A stretch of 64,000 nt of DNA from Vulcanimicrobiota bacterium (GCA_963723515.1 CAVRQT010000002.1:288001-352000), one strand, 5' to 3'; numbered from the stretch's first letter, positions 28,401 to 39,492 are shown. The notes: a model not told the origin generated them from the sequence alone. Numbers and translations are program-made.

Positions 28401-29564
28401 TCAAAAGCCGGCGACGCCAATCGGTGAGCCAAGCCCGGTATGCGCGTTCGGCAGCACAGGGCTCAAACGCACTGGCATGGCCGTAGGAAAAGCTCGGAGC
28501 GTCTCCGCGGCGATTGAGCGCGTACGCCGCTGCGGCCAGCGGTGCGCCCACGCTTGTTCCACCGGCTTCGACCCAGCCACCGGCGAAAACGCTAAAGATA
28601 CCGACCCCGGTGTTCGGATCGGCGACGGAAGCAATGTCTACCGCTCGCCGAGATGTGCACTGAGAGCCGCTCTGCCACGCAGGCTTAGCGGACATAGGCG
28701 CTGCAGCCGCCGCCGCTGTATAGCCACGGAGCTTGGCTCCAGTGGCCGGCGCCGCCGCTCAGCGTCGTTCCGCCGACGGAAAAAACGTATGGTGAGGCTG
28801 CGGGGTACGAGGGCGCGTGGTGGTCTCCGCTACTCGCGGTAATAGCGATGCCGGGATGGTTGAAATGAAAATCTTCCGCCTGCTCTCCAGACCACTCGGG
28901 CGCATAATAGCTGTTACTAATCGCGATCGGCCGAAAAGTTGCAGCCCGATCCACGGCCGCGCCGAAATCATCGACCGATGCTGAGTGCGCTTCCACCAGC
29001 ACAATGTGACACCGAGGACACGCTGCAGAAACGATCTCTAGGTCCAGCGCCGTCTCTTCCGCCCATCCCGCGTTCAGAGCGGGATAGGAGCCGGCTTGCC
29101 CGCCTGATTCACTTTTCGAAAGCAGCCCGTAAGGCTAAGGCACGGCTGGCAGTCGCAAAGACCAATCGGTATGTGCCATCTCGGCGTCCGCCAGCGGATC
29201 GTCATAAGCATCGACAACCGCAACGTTCCGCCGGGCGCTTGTGAGGCAAACGGTAAACATTCGTCAGGTCGGCGGGATGCAACCCGGCACGAGCGATGCC
29301 GGAAGATCCGCAAGAGGATTCGGCGGGATGTTGATGTTGATCACGAGCGTGCATTGCGTAACTCCTGCCGAAGCGGGGGCGCATGGAAAAATACCACCCG
29401 GTAAGCCGTGTGCGCTTTCGCCCGGATAGTAGTTGATCGAGGCGGTAGAATCGGCCGGCAAACCGGATGACTCGCCGGAACAACGGGTGTCCCAAATTGT
29501 CCGCTTCCGGAGCAACCGCCTAAGAGCTGGCCGAGAGAACGAATATTAGGGCCCGTCTATACAC
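28401..29564 (-). CDS. S53/S8-family serine peptidase, probable lipoprotein (multiple frameshifts)
   Basis: Fragments GCFRKVNQAG, WAEETALDLE, ISNSY, ASSGD, YPAASPYVFSVGGT, DIASVADPNTG, GGTSVGAP, TGLGSP. The 5' end reads MYRRALIFVLSA / LLGG-CSGSG after GGAGGG. Confidence 0.82.
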
Positions 29565-32180
29565 GCGTCCCTCCAACATGGTTGCACACTGCGAATCCAG
29601 CCTGAATGAACGGCGAGGGCCACAGCTTCGCGCCGACCGCTGCAACGAAGTTTGCGGCAGATCGAGCGAATGTGGGTGTCTACGGTCTGGGGACTACGCC
29701 CAGTTTGTCTTGCCACCTCTTTTGAGCTCGCGCCGATCACGATGAGATTCAGGATTGAGCGCTCGGCCTGCGTCAGAAGGGAATACGCGTAAGCCTGCTT
29801 TCTCGGGGAACCGCAATGCCGATCAAACAAGCGTGCGATGCCGCCCATATGTTCGGAACGCAGCCGCTCAAACGCAACACGCAACGCGCCACCGTCGGCT
29901 TGTTCCATCTGAAGCCGGTAAGAACACGCGGACACAGTTAACCAGCGTCTCGAGCGTTGCATTCGTGATCGGCTTCAGTCCGTTCCGCTTCACCGATATG
30001 GCGATGAGCGACCGCATATCGCCCTCGCAGCAGTTCAGCAACGCCCAGATTTAGTCTGGTGCGGACGGTGCGTGGCGACGGGCGCTTCGCATTGGCTTAG
30101 CGCTGTAATGCCGCTGTTCGATCGCGCGTTCGCCTTCCGCATGCAGTCCGGCGGCCATTGCGCGAACGCTGCTTCGGCAGCGCGGTATGCGCGTCGATCC
30201 GGATCGGTATGAAGTTCTCAATGCTCGTCCGCAAGAAGTTCGTATGCCTTGTTGAACTCGACCGGACCAGCCGAGAAGCATCGCTTCAGCCGGCAGAAGC
30301 GCTTCCGTCGCGCTCCTTCAACCGTCACGCGACTGTCAATGAGCTGCTGATGCAGATGGGCGATCGCCGTGTCATTGCCGCGTTCGACTTCAATCCCATA
30401 GGTTGCGATCAGTCCGAAGATCTTCGCTCTGCGTGCTGCCGCCTTTTCGTGCGCACGCGCCGAGCTTGTCGAGAATTGCAAGAACTGCAATCGGATCATC
30501 GCTGTGCTCGTAAGAACCGTGTAAAGGATGCTGTAAGCTCGGGCTGCGACATCGTAGAGCGAGGCGGCCAAAGCGAACTCGACGGCCCGTTCTGCATTGC
30601 CGTCTCGTGCGCTCGCGATCGGTCCCAAACTGGTAGACATATGCGGCCTGTTGATATACGCGCGCTTGAATATCCTGCACCGAGGATGGGATTGAGCTGC
30701 GCCAAGGCGCGTTCGATCGCATCAGTTGCGTCGTTAAACCTTCCCGCTCGGATAAGTGCGGTTGCAAGAGTCCCCAGGATCGGCACGCGAAGGTATGCCG
30801 GCACGTCTCATCTTCAGCGTAGGGCACGAGCAGGTCGATACATTGACGTTCCGTGCGCACCAGCTCCAGAGCGTAACGATACGTCAGTTGGATGCGAAGG
30901 TCGCGATCGTTTGCGGACTCGATTGCGCACATGAGAAGAGCCGTTCGGCAGCCTCGATGTCTCCGCCGTTTGCCGCCAGAACCGCGCTGATGCCGAGCGC
31001 AGTCGCATTTCTTTGTTCTTCCGGAACTGCGTTGATCGCCGCCGCGACGACCTCCGCCTGGCCTCGTTCGACCAACGGAAATCCGTGTCGTGAGATCATT
31101 CGAAGGATCGAGTCCTTCTCTTCCGCGGCGCTGTAGAGCCGAAGCGCGTCGGCGATAGTCGCCGCGAGCATCAAGCAGATCCGCCGCCCGCTGAAGCGTC
31201 TGCTTCCATTCGTGTCGCCAAACGGCGCAGCTGCGTCTCCAAGAACTCACGAAAGAGATCGTGATATCGGAACTGCGTTTCCGAGATTGCGATGATGAAG
31301 CCGCATTGCAGACGCAGATTTGAGAGAAATACGTTGTCTGCCGCCATATGCGCGCGCAATTTCAAAGTCGAATGTCGAAAAGACGCACGTTCGCAAGAGA
31401 AAGGTGCGCTGGTCGTCCGCGAGCCCCGTGTATGCTTGATCGGCCAGAAAACGATAAAGCAATTCGCGCACGCCGCTTGCCGCAGAGCGAACGTCCGATG
31501 GGCGTGCGCGCGAGCGAACCGCAATCGCCAGTGCGACGGCCCAACCGTCGGTCAACTCGTGCAACGCTTTGATTTCCTCGGGGTCCGCATCAATCGAAGC
31601 GGCGTCGACGGCATGCCAACGTCTCATCCAAGGTGAAGCGCAGGTCGTGCTCGTCGACCGGCAGGTCCATCGTTCCGTATCCCAACCATGTTGCGATGGG
31701 AAGCCCAGCATCAGACCGTGTCGCGAGGATCCATTTGATGCGTGATTTCGTGCGGTCCATGAGATCGGCCAAGAACGTGACGGTGGACGGGTCGGATGCT
31801 GCATGGTGCAAATCGTCAATGACGATCGTGCAAACAACTTTTTGCAAATGCTCATCGAGCCAGTTGACGAGTTCTTGCGCCTCCATGGGCGATGCAATGG
31901 CGCGTTGCTGAACGGCGGGAAACGCAGCGGAGGCGGCGGGTGCGAGGGAGCTGAGCGTCTCTACCAAACCGCGCACCAATGCGAGAAGCGTGCGATCCTC
32001 CGGGCGCAGGTCGAGGCGGACGACGTCGAGGCGCGCGCTTCTAATGAAGTCGCGCAATGCGATCGTCTTACCGAAGCCGGCCGGTGCCACGACGACGGTG
32101 ATAGGAAATTGGACCGCCTTCATAAGGCGCTCGTTAATGCGAGCCCGCACAGCCACGCAGTATAGCTCAAGGACTGGCAC
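29546..32180 (-). CDS. MalT-like (LAL) ATP-dependent LuxR regulator (multiple frameshifts)
   Basis: VVAPAGFGKT, IVIDDLHH, ILATRS, DLRFT, TDGWAVAL, FRYHDLFREFL, TPR region, C-terminal LTQAERSIL...SSKEVA...SPQTVDTHIRSICRKL. GTG at 32180 after AAGGAG. Confidence 0.88.
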
Positions 32181-32191
32181 CTTCCTTCTCC

Positions 32192-33640
32192 TTGTGGAAA
32201 CGACCGGTGGCTGCGATCCTTGTCGTGACGGCGATCCGCGTCGTCGTCGCGGCTCGCTACCCATTGACGCCGGACGAGACGTACTACTGGGTGTGGAGCA
32301 AGCATCTCGCCTACGGCTACACGGATCATCCGCCCATGGTGGCCTGGCTCATTGGGCTGACGTCGGTTTTCGGGAAGAGTGCGCTCGCCGTGCGCCTTCC
32401 TTTTATAGCTTGCGAAGCGATCGCGGCGTTCGCAGCCGGCCGCGCCGCACTGACGCTCTCCGAAAAGTCATCGGCGGCAACAGCGGCGACCTTGGCGGTT
32501 CTCTTCATCCCGCAAGGGCGGCTTGCAATTGGTGAGGCGCTTCCGGACGCCCCGTATCTTGCATCTTGGGCGCTCGCGCTCTGGCTGACGGCGGAGTTCA
32601 CTAAGCGCGCCTCGTCGCCTCGAATGGCCATCTCGCTTGGCCTTGCGTTGGCCGGCGCAGTGCTCTCGCGCTTCTTCGGCTGGGCGCTCGTCGCCGGGAT
32701 CATTCTCTATGCACTTGCGCCGGCACGTCGCATGCTGTGGAAGCAAGGGCTTTGGATATCGCTTGCGATCGTCGCGCTGCTCTACGCTCCGTTTATCGCT
32801 TGGAATGCGGCACACCAGTGGTCGAACTTCGCGTTCACGTTCGCAAACCGTCAGCCGATGCACGGATTTTCCACCCAGCGGCTTACGACGATCACGTCGC
32901 TTCGGCTGATCGTCTTCACGGCGCTGTTGTGGATCGTCGCATACTTCACCATCCTGCGTCCACGCTACGCGCTCTTGGGTTGGACCGCGCTGCCGTTTCC
33001 GACGCTCATCGCCGTTCTCTCGTTCTTCCAAACGACGGAATCGTATTACATCTTGGGGCCGCTAATATCGCTGTGTGTCGCGATTGGTATCGCCTACGCG
33101 CGCCAAAGTGCCCTGCGAAGACGCGGCTGGCTGATCGTTTCGCTGATTCCTGCCGCATATACGGTGCTCGCGGCAACATTCGTCGCGCTTCCCGAAGCGG
33201 CACAAGCCTGGGCGTTGCGCACAAACGGTGGTGCACTCAAAGGTCCGTTCTTCTCACAAACGTTTGCCTTTGCGCCGCTCGCGGCTAATGTAAAAGGGAT
33301 CAGCGGTAACTCGGTCGTTCTTACGAATCGTCTCGAGATCGCTTCGGAGCTCGTTTACAACGGCGTTCGCGCTTCGATAGTCGGCGCCGCGCCGCAGGTT
33401 CCGCAATGGACCGCTTGGTACGGCAGCGATACTCGATCGCATGCCTTGTTGGTGACGTTCGATCCGTTATCAACGGATCCGGACTTAGCCGCCGCGCTCA
33501 ACGAATCGTTCGCACGCACAACTCCCGGCCCAACCTTGCGATACCGTTTTGCCGGAATCGACACGGTGCCGTTTTACACGACGTGGCTCGCAACTCCGAA
33601 TGCGCGCGCGCCGTCGTTACTCTTCGGGCATTCTCTTTAG
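32192..33640 (+). CDS. ArnT/PMT-like GT-C membrane glycosyltransferase
   Basis: PDETYYWVWSKHLAYGYTDHPPM, RLP, PDAP, PFIAWN; multiple TMs. Confidence 0.88.
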   Translation: MWKRPVAAILVVTAIRVVVAARYPLTPDETYYWVWSKHLAYGYTDHPPMVAWLIGLTSVFGKSALAVRLPFIACEAIAAFAAGRAALTLSEKSSAATAATLAVLFIPQGRLAIGEALPDAPYLASWALALWLTAEFTKRASSPRMAISLGLALAGAVLSRFFGWALVAGIILYALAPARRMLWKQGLWISLAIVALLYAPFIAWNAAHQWSNFAFTFANRQPMHGFSTQRLTTITSLRLIVFTALLWIVAYFTILRPRYALLGWTALPFPTLIAVLSFFQTTESYYILGPLISLCVAIGIAYARQSALRRRGWLIVSLIPAAYTVLAATFVALPEAAQAWALRTNGGALKGPFFSQTFAFAPLAANVKGISGNSVVLTNRLEIASELVYNGVRASIVGAAPQVPQWTAWYGSDTRSHALLVTFDPLSTDPDLAAALNESFARTTPGPTLRYRFAGIDTVPFYTTWLATPNARAPSLLFGHSL

Positions 33641-34077
33641 CGGTAATCGATCGTCAGTTCGCTTTGGGCAGCGGCGCCCGCGGCGTTTCGCGCGATCACA
33701 TCAATGTTATAGGCGCGCCTGAAGATCGACGGGACGTTCGGTATCCGGTAGGCTGCCTTCGAACTGTCCAAATGTCGCGCGCTTAAGGGGCGCTGATTTT
33801 GGCCCTAGGCGCACCTCGAGACTGGCGACATTTGTGCTCGTCGTCACATGACCGCGCAAAATGTCTCCCGCCGTAACGGTATCGTTTGAGAGCCAAATGC
33901 GAACGATTCGTGGCGGCGCGTTCGGCCGCGCGACCGGTGCGCACGATTTCCCGCGGAAAATGCGATCCGATGACGACGGGTGCCGCTTGGCGTGCCGCGT
34001 TTCGCGCCGCACGAGACAAGCGCGAGGATCAGCAGTGATGCGGCCCAGCGCCGTGCTGCTACCGTTGCATCTTCCAT
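33637..34077 (-). CDS. Hypothetical lipoprotein-like protein (frameshifted)
   Basis: ILALVS-C lipobox-like segment, then APPRIVRIWLSNDTV...TSTNVASLEVR and, in another frame, ...NIDVIARNAAG...TIDYR*. Confidence 0.5.
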
Positions 34078-34415
34078 GCGAAGTAGCCGCCCTTGAGCGA
34101 CACAACGTAACGATACCCGAGGTCCTGGAGCGTCTTGCCGGCAATCAGCGATCGTTTGCCAAACTCGCAGTAGACGACGATCGGCGCTTCTCGTCGCTGC
34201 GTGATTTCTGGCGACGCGTCCTCAGAGCGCGGATCGGCGAGCAATTCGAGGAGGCTTAAGGGCAAGTGCAGCGCGCCCGGGATGTGCCCGCTGTTCCATT
34301 CTTCGATTTCACGAACATCCGCGTACAGCGCACGCGGCATGCTCGTTTCGATGTCGACGGTATGCATCTCGCGCACCGTTTTTCTCGCCTGCTCGATCAG
34401 CTCTTGGAAGTTCAT
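34059..34415 (-). CDS. Rhodanese-like domain protein
   Basis: DVRE..EWNSGHIPGA, VVYCEFGKRS, SLKGGYFAW. Confidence 0.9.
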   Translation of the reverse strand: MNFQELIEQARKTVREMHTVDIETSMPRALYADVREIEEWNSGHIPGALHLPLSLLELLADPRSEDASPEITQRREAPIVVYCEFGKRSLIAGKTLQDLGYRYVVSLKGGYFAWKMQR

Positions 34416-34444
34416 CGGCCGTGTCTTTTCAGCATCGTTCCTCT

Positions 34445-34468
34445 TGTTACCCTGAGCCTGACGAAGCG
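34445..34468 (+). repeat. Short REP-like intergenic repeat (degenerate copy)
   Basis: TGTTACCCTGAGCCTGACGAAGCG resembles TGTCACCCTGAGCTTTCGAAGGGC at 52650. Confidence 0.5.
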
Positions 34469-34507
34469 CCGTGTTTGTGGGTAAAAACTCCCCACGGAGG
34501 TTCGTTC

Positions 34508-34789
34508 ATGGATCATTCGCGCGAAAAACTATCGCGAGCCGACGCACTCAAAGGCATCATCGTTTTGCCTGCTTTGGCGGCGACTTTCGCCGGCTTAACG
34601 CGGGAAGCGGAAGCCGCGAAGCAATCCAAAGCCGCGCTCAAATATCAAAATCACCCCAAAGGTTCTCAGAAATGCGCCGGCTGCCGTTTCTTTATCAAAG
34701 GAAAAACCGCAAACGCAAATGGGGCATGCCAAATCGTTTCGGGCTCGATCAGCCCGAACGGCTGGTGTGTCTCGTGGGCAAAGAAATAG
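34508..34789 (+). CDS. High-potential iron-sulfur protein (HiPIP/Iro-like), exported
   Basis: YQ..P...QKCAGCRFF...C..V.G.I.PNGWC..W four-Cys HiPIP pattern; Tat-like leader SRADALK...AEA; GGAGG SD. Confidence 0.9.
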   Translation: MDHSREKLSRADALKGIIVLPALAATFAGLTREAEAAKQSKAALKYQNHPKGSQKCAGCRFFIKGKTANANGACQIVSGSISPNGWCVSWAKK

Positions 34790-34873
34790 GGCTTGGAGAG
34801 GGCTGCCCTTCGAACTGAAGGACGGGATTAACGGGCGCGACCGATGCTTTCGATCGCGCCTGTCTTCTTATTA

Positions 34874-34976
34874 TTTGCGTTCGACTGCGCCGAACGCTTG
34901 GCGTTCCGCGCGTTTCGGCACGATGCGCCAAAAACGCGCTGCACGCCCCGCCCAAACTATCGCGGGCGGGCCCCCA
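34874..34976 (-). repeat. Structured ~105-nt dispersed repeat, copy 1
   Basis: Its reverse complement aligns with 61686-61793; three stems with compensatory substitutions. Confidence 0.85.
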
Positions 34977-37900
34977 GTATCGCAAGCGGCGGCTGCTGGT
35001 AGGTCAGCGGCGCCGGCGCTTTGATCGGCTGCAACCCAGCGCTGCGCGCTGTGGCATTGAACGCGGGCACATCGTGCGTTACGAAGCCGTTGTATGCGGC
35101 GAGCGCAGTTGCGTAACGCTCATCCGTACGCCGCGCAAAATCGAGCAGCGAGGGAAGCGGCGGCCCCGTCAGTCGCAATAGGCCCTCCACATCTTCTCGC
35201 AGCGCGCCCGGGCGTTGAATCGAGTCTTCGTCGTTCGCGTAGTTCGCCGTTAACGTATCGAAGATGCGGTCGTGCTTTTGGCGCAGATCGGCGATCGCAC
35301 CGGATATCGCGTGCGTCTTCGGCGACTTCTCCATGTTACTGAGTGATTTTTTCACGTCGTCCAACCCGTTGAGCGCGGCGTCGATTTGGCCGTACTCATT
35401 GTTGTAGCGCTTCGAGAACGCGTAATTCTGCGCGTATTGCGTTTGCGTCCATGGCAAACGCGGGTCGGCCTTCACATCGAAGGTCTGCGTCAGCGTCTTG
35501 CCGCTTAAGGAAATTCGCGCGGTGTAGGTTCCGGGAATGACGACCGTTCCCGTCTTGGGACCGCGATACTCTTCACGCAGCGCGCCCATCCACTGCGTCG
35601 GACCATCTTCATGAAAGTCCCACACGACGCGGTTCAAGCCCGTGTCGTTGGTAACGTTGGGAACGTTGCGCGGGCCGACTTTGTGCGTTCCGCTGATACG
35701 CCGTATGAGCGTTGCCGGATGCATCGAGGATCTCGACGACGGCCGCCGTTTTCTGCGGCGCGGACTGGTAGAAACTGAGAATCGCCCCGGCCGGTGGATT
35801 TTGCCCGGCGTAACGCGTGTACAGCCCTTCGTCGTTCGAGTGATATGCGAATTCATACGCCGTGCGCGGCTTGAAGAGCATTACGCCCGCCGCCTGCGCA
35901 TACGGCAGGTCTTGGAGCGGCCGAATGTCGTCAAATATCCATAGCGAACGGCCGTGCGTCGCAATTGCAAGGTCGTTGAACTGGGGTTGCAAGCGGATAT
36001 CGCGCACGGACGCGACGGGCAAGTTCAAATTGAAATTCTGCCAGTGAGCGCCGCGATCGTAGCTGATCCAGATCGCTTCCTCCGTTCCCGCGTAGAGCAG
36101 ATTGCCGTTACGAAGATCGGGGCGAATCGTGCGCGCGTATTGCCATGCCGGCAAACCATTGATAATCGAGCGCCAGGAGCGTCCGAAGTCATCCGTCGCA
36201 AAAACGTACGGATGGCGATCGCCCGAACGATGGCGATCGAAGACCGCATATGCGGTGCCGTCATGCGTGTAGGACGGCGCGACGGTTTCCACGCGCCCGT
36301 ATTGCGGTATGCCGGGCGGCGTGACATTCGTCCACGTTTTTCCGCGGTCGCGCGTCACCTGAACGACTCCGTCGTCCGTGCCGACCCAAATCTCGCCTTG
36401 CGCTAACGGCGAACCCTCGATGTCGAGAATGTTGTCGGAAAACTCCGCCCCGGAGACGTCTTTTGCAAGCGGTCCACCCGCGGGCTGTTGATGCGCTTTG
36501 ATGTTCAGCGTTAAGTCGGGGCTGATCGGCGTCCAATGCGCGCCGCGATCGCGGCTCTCAAAGACGACGTTTCCGCCATACCAGACCGTTCTGGGATCGA
36601 ACGGATCGAGCGCGATCGGCGAGTCCCAATTGAAGCGATAGCGGGCATCGTAAAGCGCGAAATCTTCGCGACGACGGACCGTAATAGGGCCGGATAAATT
36701 GGTTTTGCCCCGTTTTGCGATTGTAAACGCTGACATTTCCGTCTTGCAGATCGCTATAGATGAAATTGGAATCGGAAAGGTCCGGCACCGCCCACATTCC
36801 GTCGCCGCCAATCACGCGCTCCCAGGCTTCATCCGGAATACCGTCGCGATTCAAACTGTTTGACGGGCCGCAAAAGCCGTCGTTGTCTTGCAGCGATGCG
36901 CAAACGGTATACGGAACGTCGTTGCCGAGCCCCACATGGTAGACCTGGCCGATCGCAAGATTGCGAGAGAAGGCCCAATGTTTTCCCCCATCGACCGTTA
37001 ACGCGTAACCGCCGTCTTCTCCGGTGATGATGCGCGCCGGATCGTTGGGCGCGATCCAGATCGCGTGGTAATCGACGTGGACGTCTGAGGCGATCTCTTT
37101 GAACGTTCGGCCGGCGTCTTTGCTTTCGGCCAACATCTCGGAAACCGCGTAGACATGGTTTTGATTGCGCGGATCGACAGCGATGTGCGAGAAATAGAAC
37201 GGGCGCTGATCGACCAGCGTATTTTTCGATACCATCTTCCAGGACGCGCCGCGATCGTCGGAGCGCCAGAGGATGCCGCCGCGCGCTTCGATGACCGCAT
37301 AGATTCGCCGGGGATTGCTCGGCGCGATCGCCAGCCCGATGCGTCCCATCATGCCTGCGGGCAATCCGTGGCCGGTCAGCTTGCGCCAGCTTTTCCCGCC
37401 GTCGGTCGATTTGTACAGGCCATCCGCGGGACCGCCGCTTACAAACGTCCACGGCACGCGACGAAATTGCCAGATGCCGGCATAGAGAATCTGCGGATTT
37501 TGCGGATCGATCGCAAGGTCGCTCACGCCGCTCGCCGGACCAACATAGAGCGTGTGCTGCCAGCTGCGTCCGCCATCGGTTGTGCGGTAGATTCCTCGCG
37601 CGGTGCTGTCCGCAAAGACGTTGCCGAGCGCGCCGACGATAACCGTATTCGGATGCTGCGAGTTGATCGCGATGCGTGAGATGTGCATCGTGTCGCTTAA
37701 GCCGGCGTGCGCAAAATGTTTGCCGCCGTCAGTCGATTTGTAAACACCATCGCCGAACGAAACGTCGTTGCGAGGGTTCGCTTCGCCGGTACCGACCCAA
37801 ACGACGTTCTCATTTGTCGGATCGATAGAAACGGCGCCGATTGCCGCCACGGACGCATGATCCATAACGGGATCCCACGTCAATCCGCCGTTGCCGCTTC

Positions 37901-38105
37901 TCCAAAGTCCGCCTCCGGCCGTTCCGACATAATAGAGGCGCGGGTCGCGCGCAAAACCGGCCACTGCAGCCACGCGTCCGCCGGAAACCGCCGGTCCAAT
38001 CTCACGCCACTTGAGCCGACCGTACGGCGAGGGCGCCGCAAGCACGCTGCCGAGCAACGCAACATTCACCAGCAAAAAGATCAGCGAAGAGCGCAATAAA
38101 TCCAT
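34957..38105 (-). CDS. Large secreted BNR/VPS10 (sortilin-like) beta-propeller protein, glycosyl-hydrolase-like (frameshifts at about 36680 and 35715)
   Basis: WREIGPAVSGGR and many S/T-x-D-x-G-x-x-W Asp boxes across ORFs 36558..38105, 35609..36811 and 34957..35856. Confidence 0.88.
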
Positions 38106-38127
38106 GAAACGTTCAATTCCTCAATTT

Positions 38128-38238
38128 TCATCGGACTTTATTTTCGGCGACAACGTATGCCCATGCGATAAAGCCGACCATGACGATTAGCACGACGCAG
38201 ATCGCAACAATGTAGGTGCGTGGGGGCCGGCCGTTCAT
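38128..38238 (-). CDS. 36-aa single-pass membrane microprotein
   Basis: Manual translation [36 protein letters not shown]; ends 22 nt before the propeller gene start. Confidence 0.55.
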   Translation of the reverse strand: MNGRPPRTYIVAICVVLIVMVGFIAWAYVVAENKVR

Positions 38239-38339
38239 TCCCCGCTTTGTTTAGTGGTTGCCCTCATAAAAATCTCCTCAAAAAGTCCTTGTCTTGCTGC
38301 CGCAGGTTTTTGCCGAGAGAGATTCGAACCCGGGGCGCA

Positions 38340-39017
38340 GTGTCGAGAGTCACCGCGGCTATTGCCGTAGTCCTCTTCGTTGTTTGCGGCCTTGCAACTA
38401 TGCAGTCGGCGCAGGCGAATGCGCCCTCAGGCGTTTCCGTCTACGCGCGCGTGCTGCGCAAAATCAATCCGCGCTTACAATTCTGGCAGAGCCGCGATCT
38501 CGCTTCGCACGTTTTGGCGAACTCTGAGCGCTGGCGGATCGATGCAAATCTGCTCGTCGCGCTTGTCACCGTCGAATCGCGTTGGCACCCGGCGGCTCGC
38601 TCGTATGCCGGGGCAATCGGGTTAGGCCAACTGATGCCGGGGACGGCGCGACGGTTGAAAGTCAATCCCCACAATGCCGACCAGAATCTCTCCGGATGCG
38701 CGCGCTATCTCAGCGGCTTGATCGACCGCTACGAGTACCGGCCGAATCGCTACGTTCTGGCATTTGCCGCTTATAACGCAGGACCCAAAGCCGTCGCCCA
38801 ATTTCACGGCGTTCCACCCTATAGTGAGACGCAGCGTTACGTTGTCAAAGTGATGCGCCTGTGGCATCACTTCAAAACGATCGTTCATTTGCCGCTGGCG
38901 ACGATTCTCGCCATAAAAAACGACGGCGCCGTAACGCCGTCGGTCGATCTGTATGGGCCGGCGCCGCTGTCCGACTCGGCTTCAATCGAGCCGGACGCCC
39001 AGCCACCGGCGCCCTAA
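38340..39017 (+). CDS. Lytic transglycosylase (SLT domain)
   Basis: [38 protein letters not shown]. Confidence 0.92.
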   Translation: MSRVTAAIAVVLFVVCGLATMQSAQANAPSGVSVYARVLRKINPRLQFWQSRDLASHVLANSERWRIDANLLVALVTVESRWHPAARSYAGAIGLGQLMPGTARRLKVNPHNADQNLSGCARYLSGLIDRYEYRPNRYVLAFAAYNAGPKAVAQFHGVPPYSETQRYVVKVMRLWHHFKTIVHLPLATILAIKNDGAVTPSVDLYGPAPLSDSASIEPDAQPPAP

Positions 39018-39036
39018 ATAAAAAACTAGAGCGCGC

Positions 39037-39492
39037 TTAAACGGGCGCCTTCGCCTGCTCTTTCGCTTGTGCGATGCGCGCCCCCAGCTCTTCCAGTTCC
39101 GACTCATCGAAGAGCTCTCGCGCTTCTTTGAACATCACTTTCTCTTCTTCGTCGGCGTGATGCTTGACGAGCTCGATCATCACGTTGAGCTTCGCTTTGT
39201 ACTGCTCCTCGCTTGGCTCGAGGCCCTCAAGTTCTTCGATCAGTTGTTTGACGAGCGCGTGCTCTTCGAACGCTTCGGCCACTTCCTCGCGCTCTTCACT
39301 GTTTTCGGCGTGCTTCTTAAATGCCGGGTAAAAGATCTTTTCCTCGACTTCAGCGTGCAGCCTCAACTCCTCATCGATCTGCTCGAAAAGCCGCTCGCGG
39401 CTCGCCGTCGCACGCTCGCCGAGCGCCTCGACTTCCTTAAAAAGTCCCTTGACTTTGGTATGGTCGTTTTTCAGTAGGGTCAGCGCGTCCAT
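39037..39492 (-). CDS. Hemerythrin-domain protein
   Basis: DH, HAEVEE.IFYP, EEH, HHADEEE. Confidence 0.9.
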   Translation of the reverse strand: MDALTLLKNDHTKVKGLFKEVEALGERATASRERLFEQIDEELRLHAEVEEKIFYPAFKKHAENSEEREEVAEAFEEHALVKQLIEELEGLEPSEEQYKAKLNVMIELVKHHADEEEKVMFKEARELFDESELEELGARIAQAKEQAKAPV

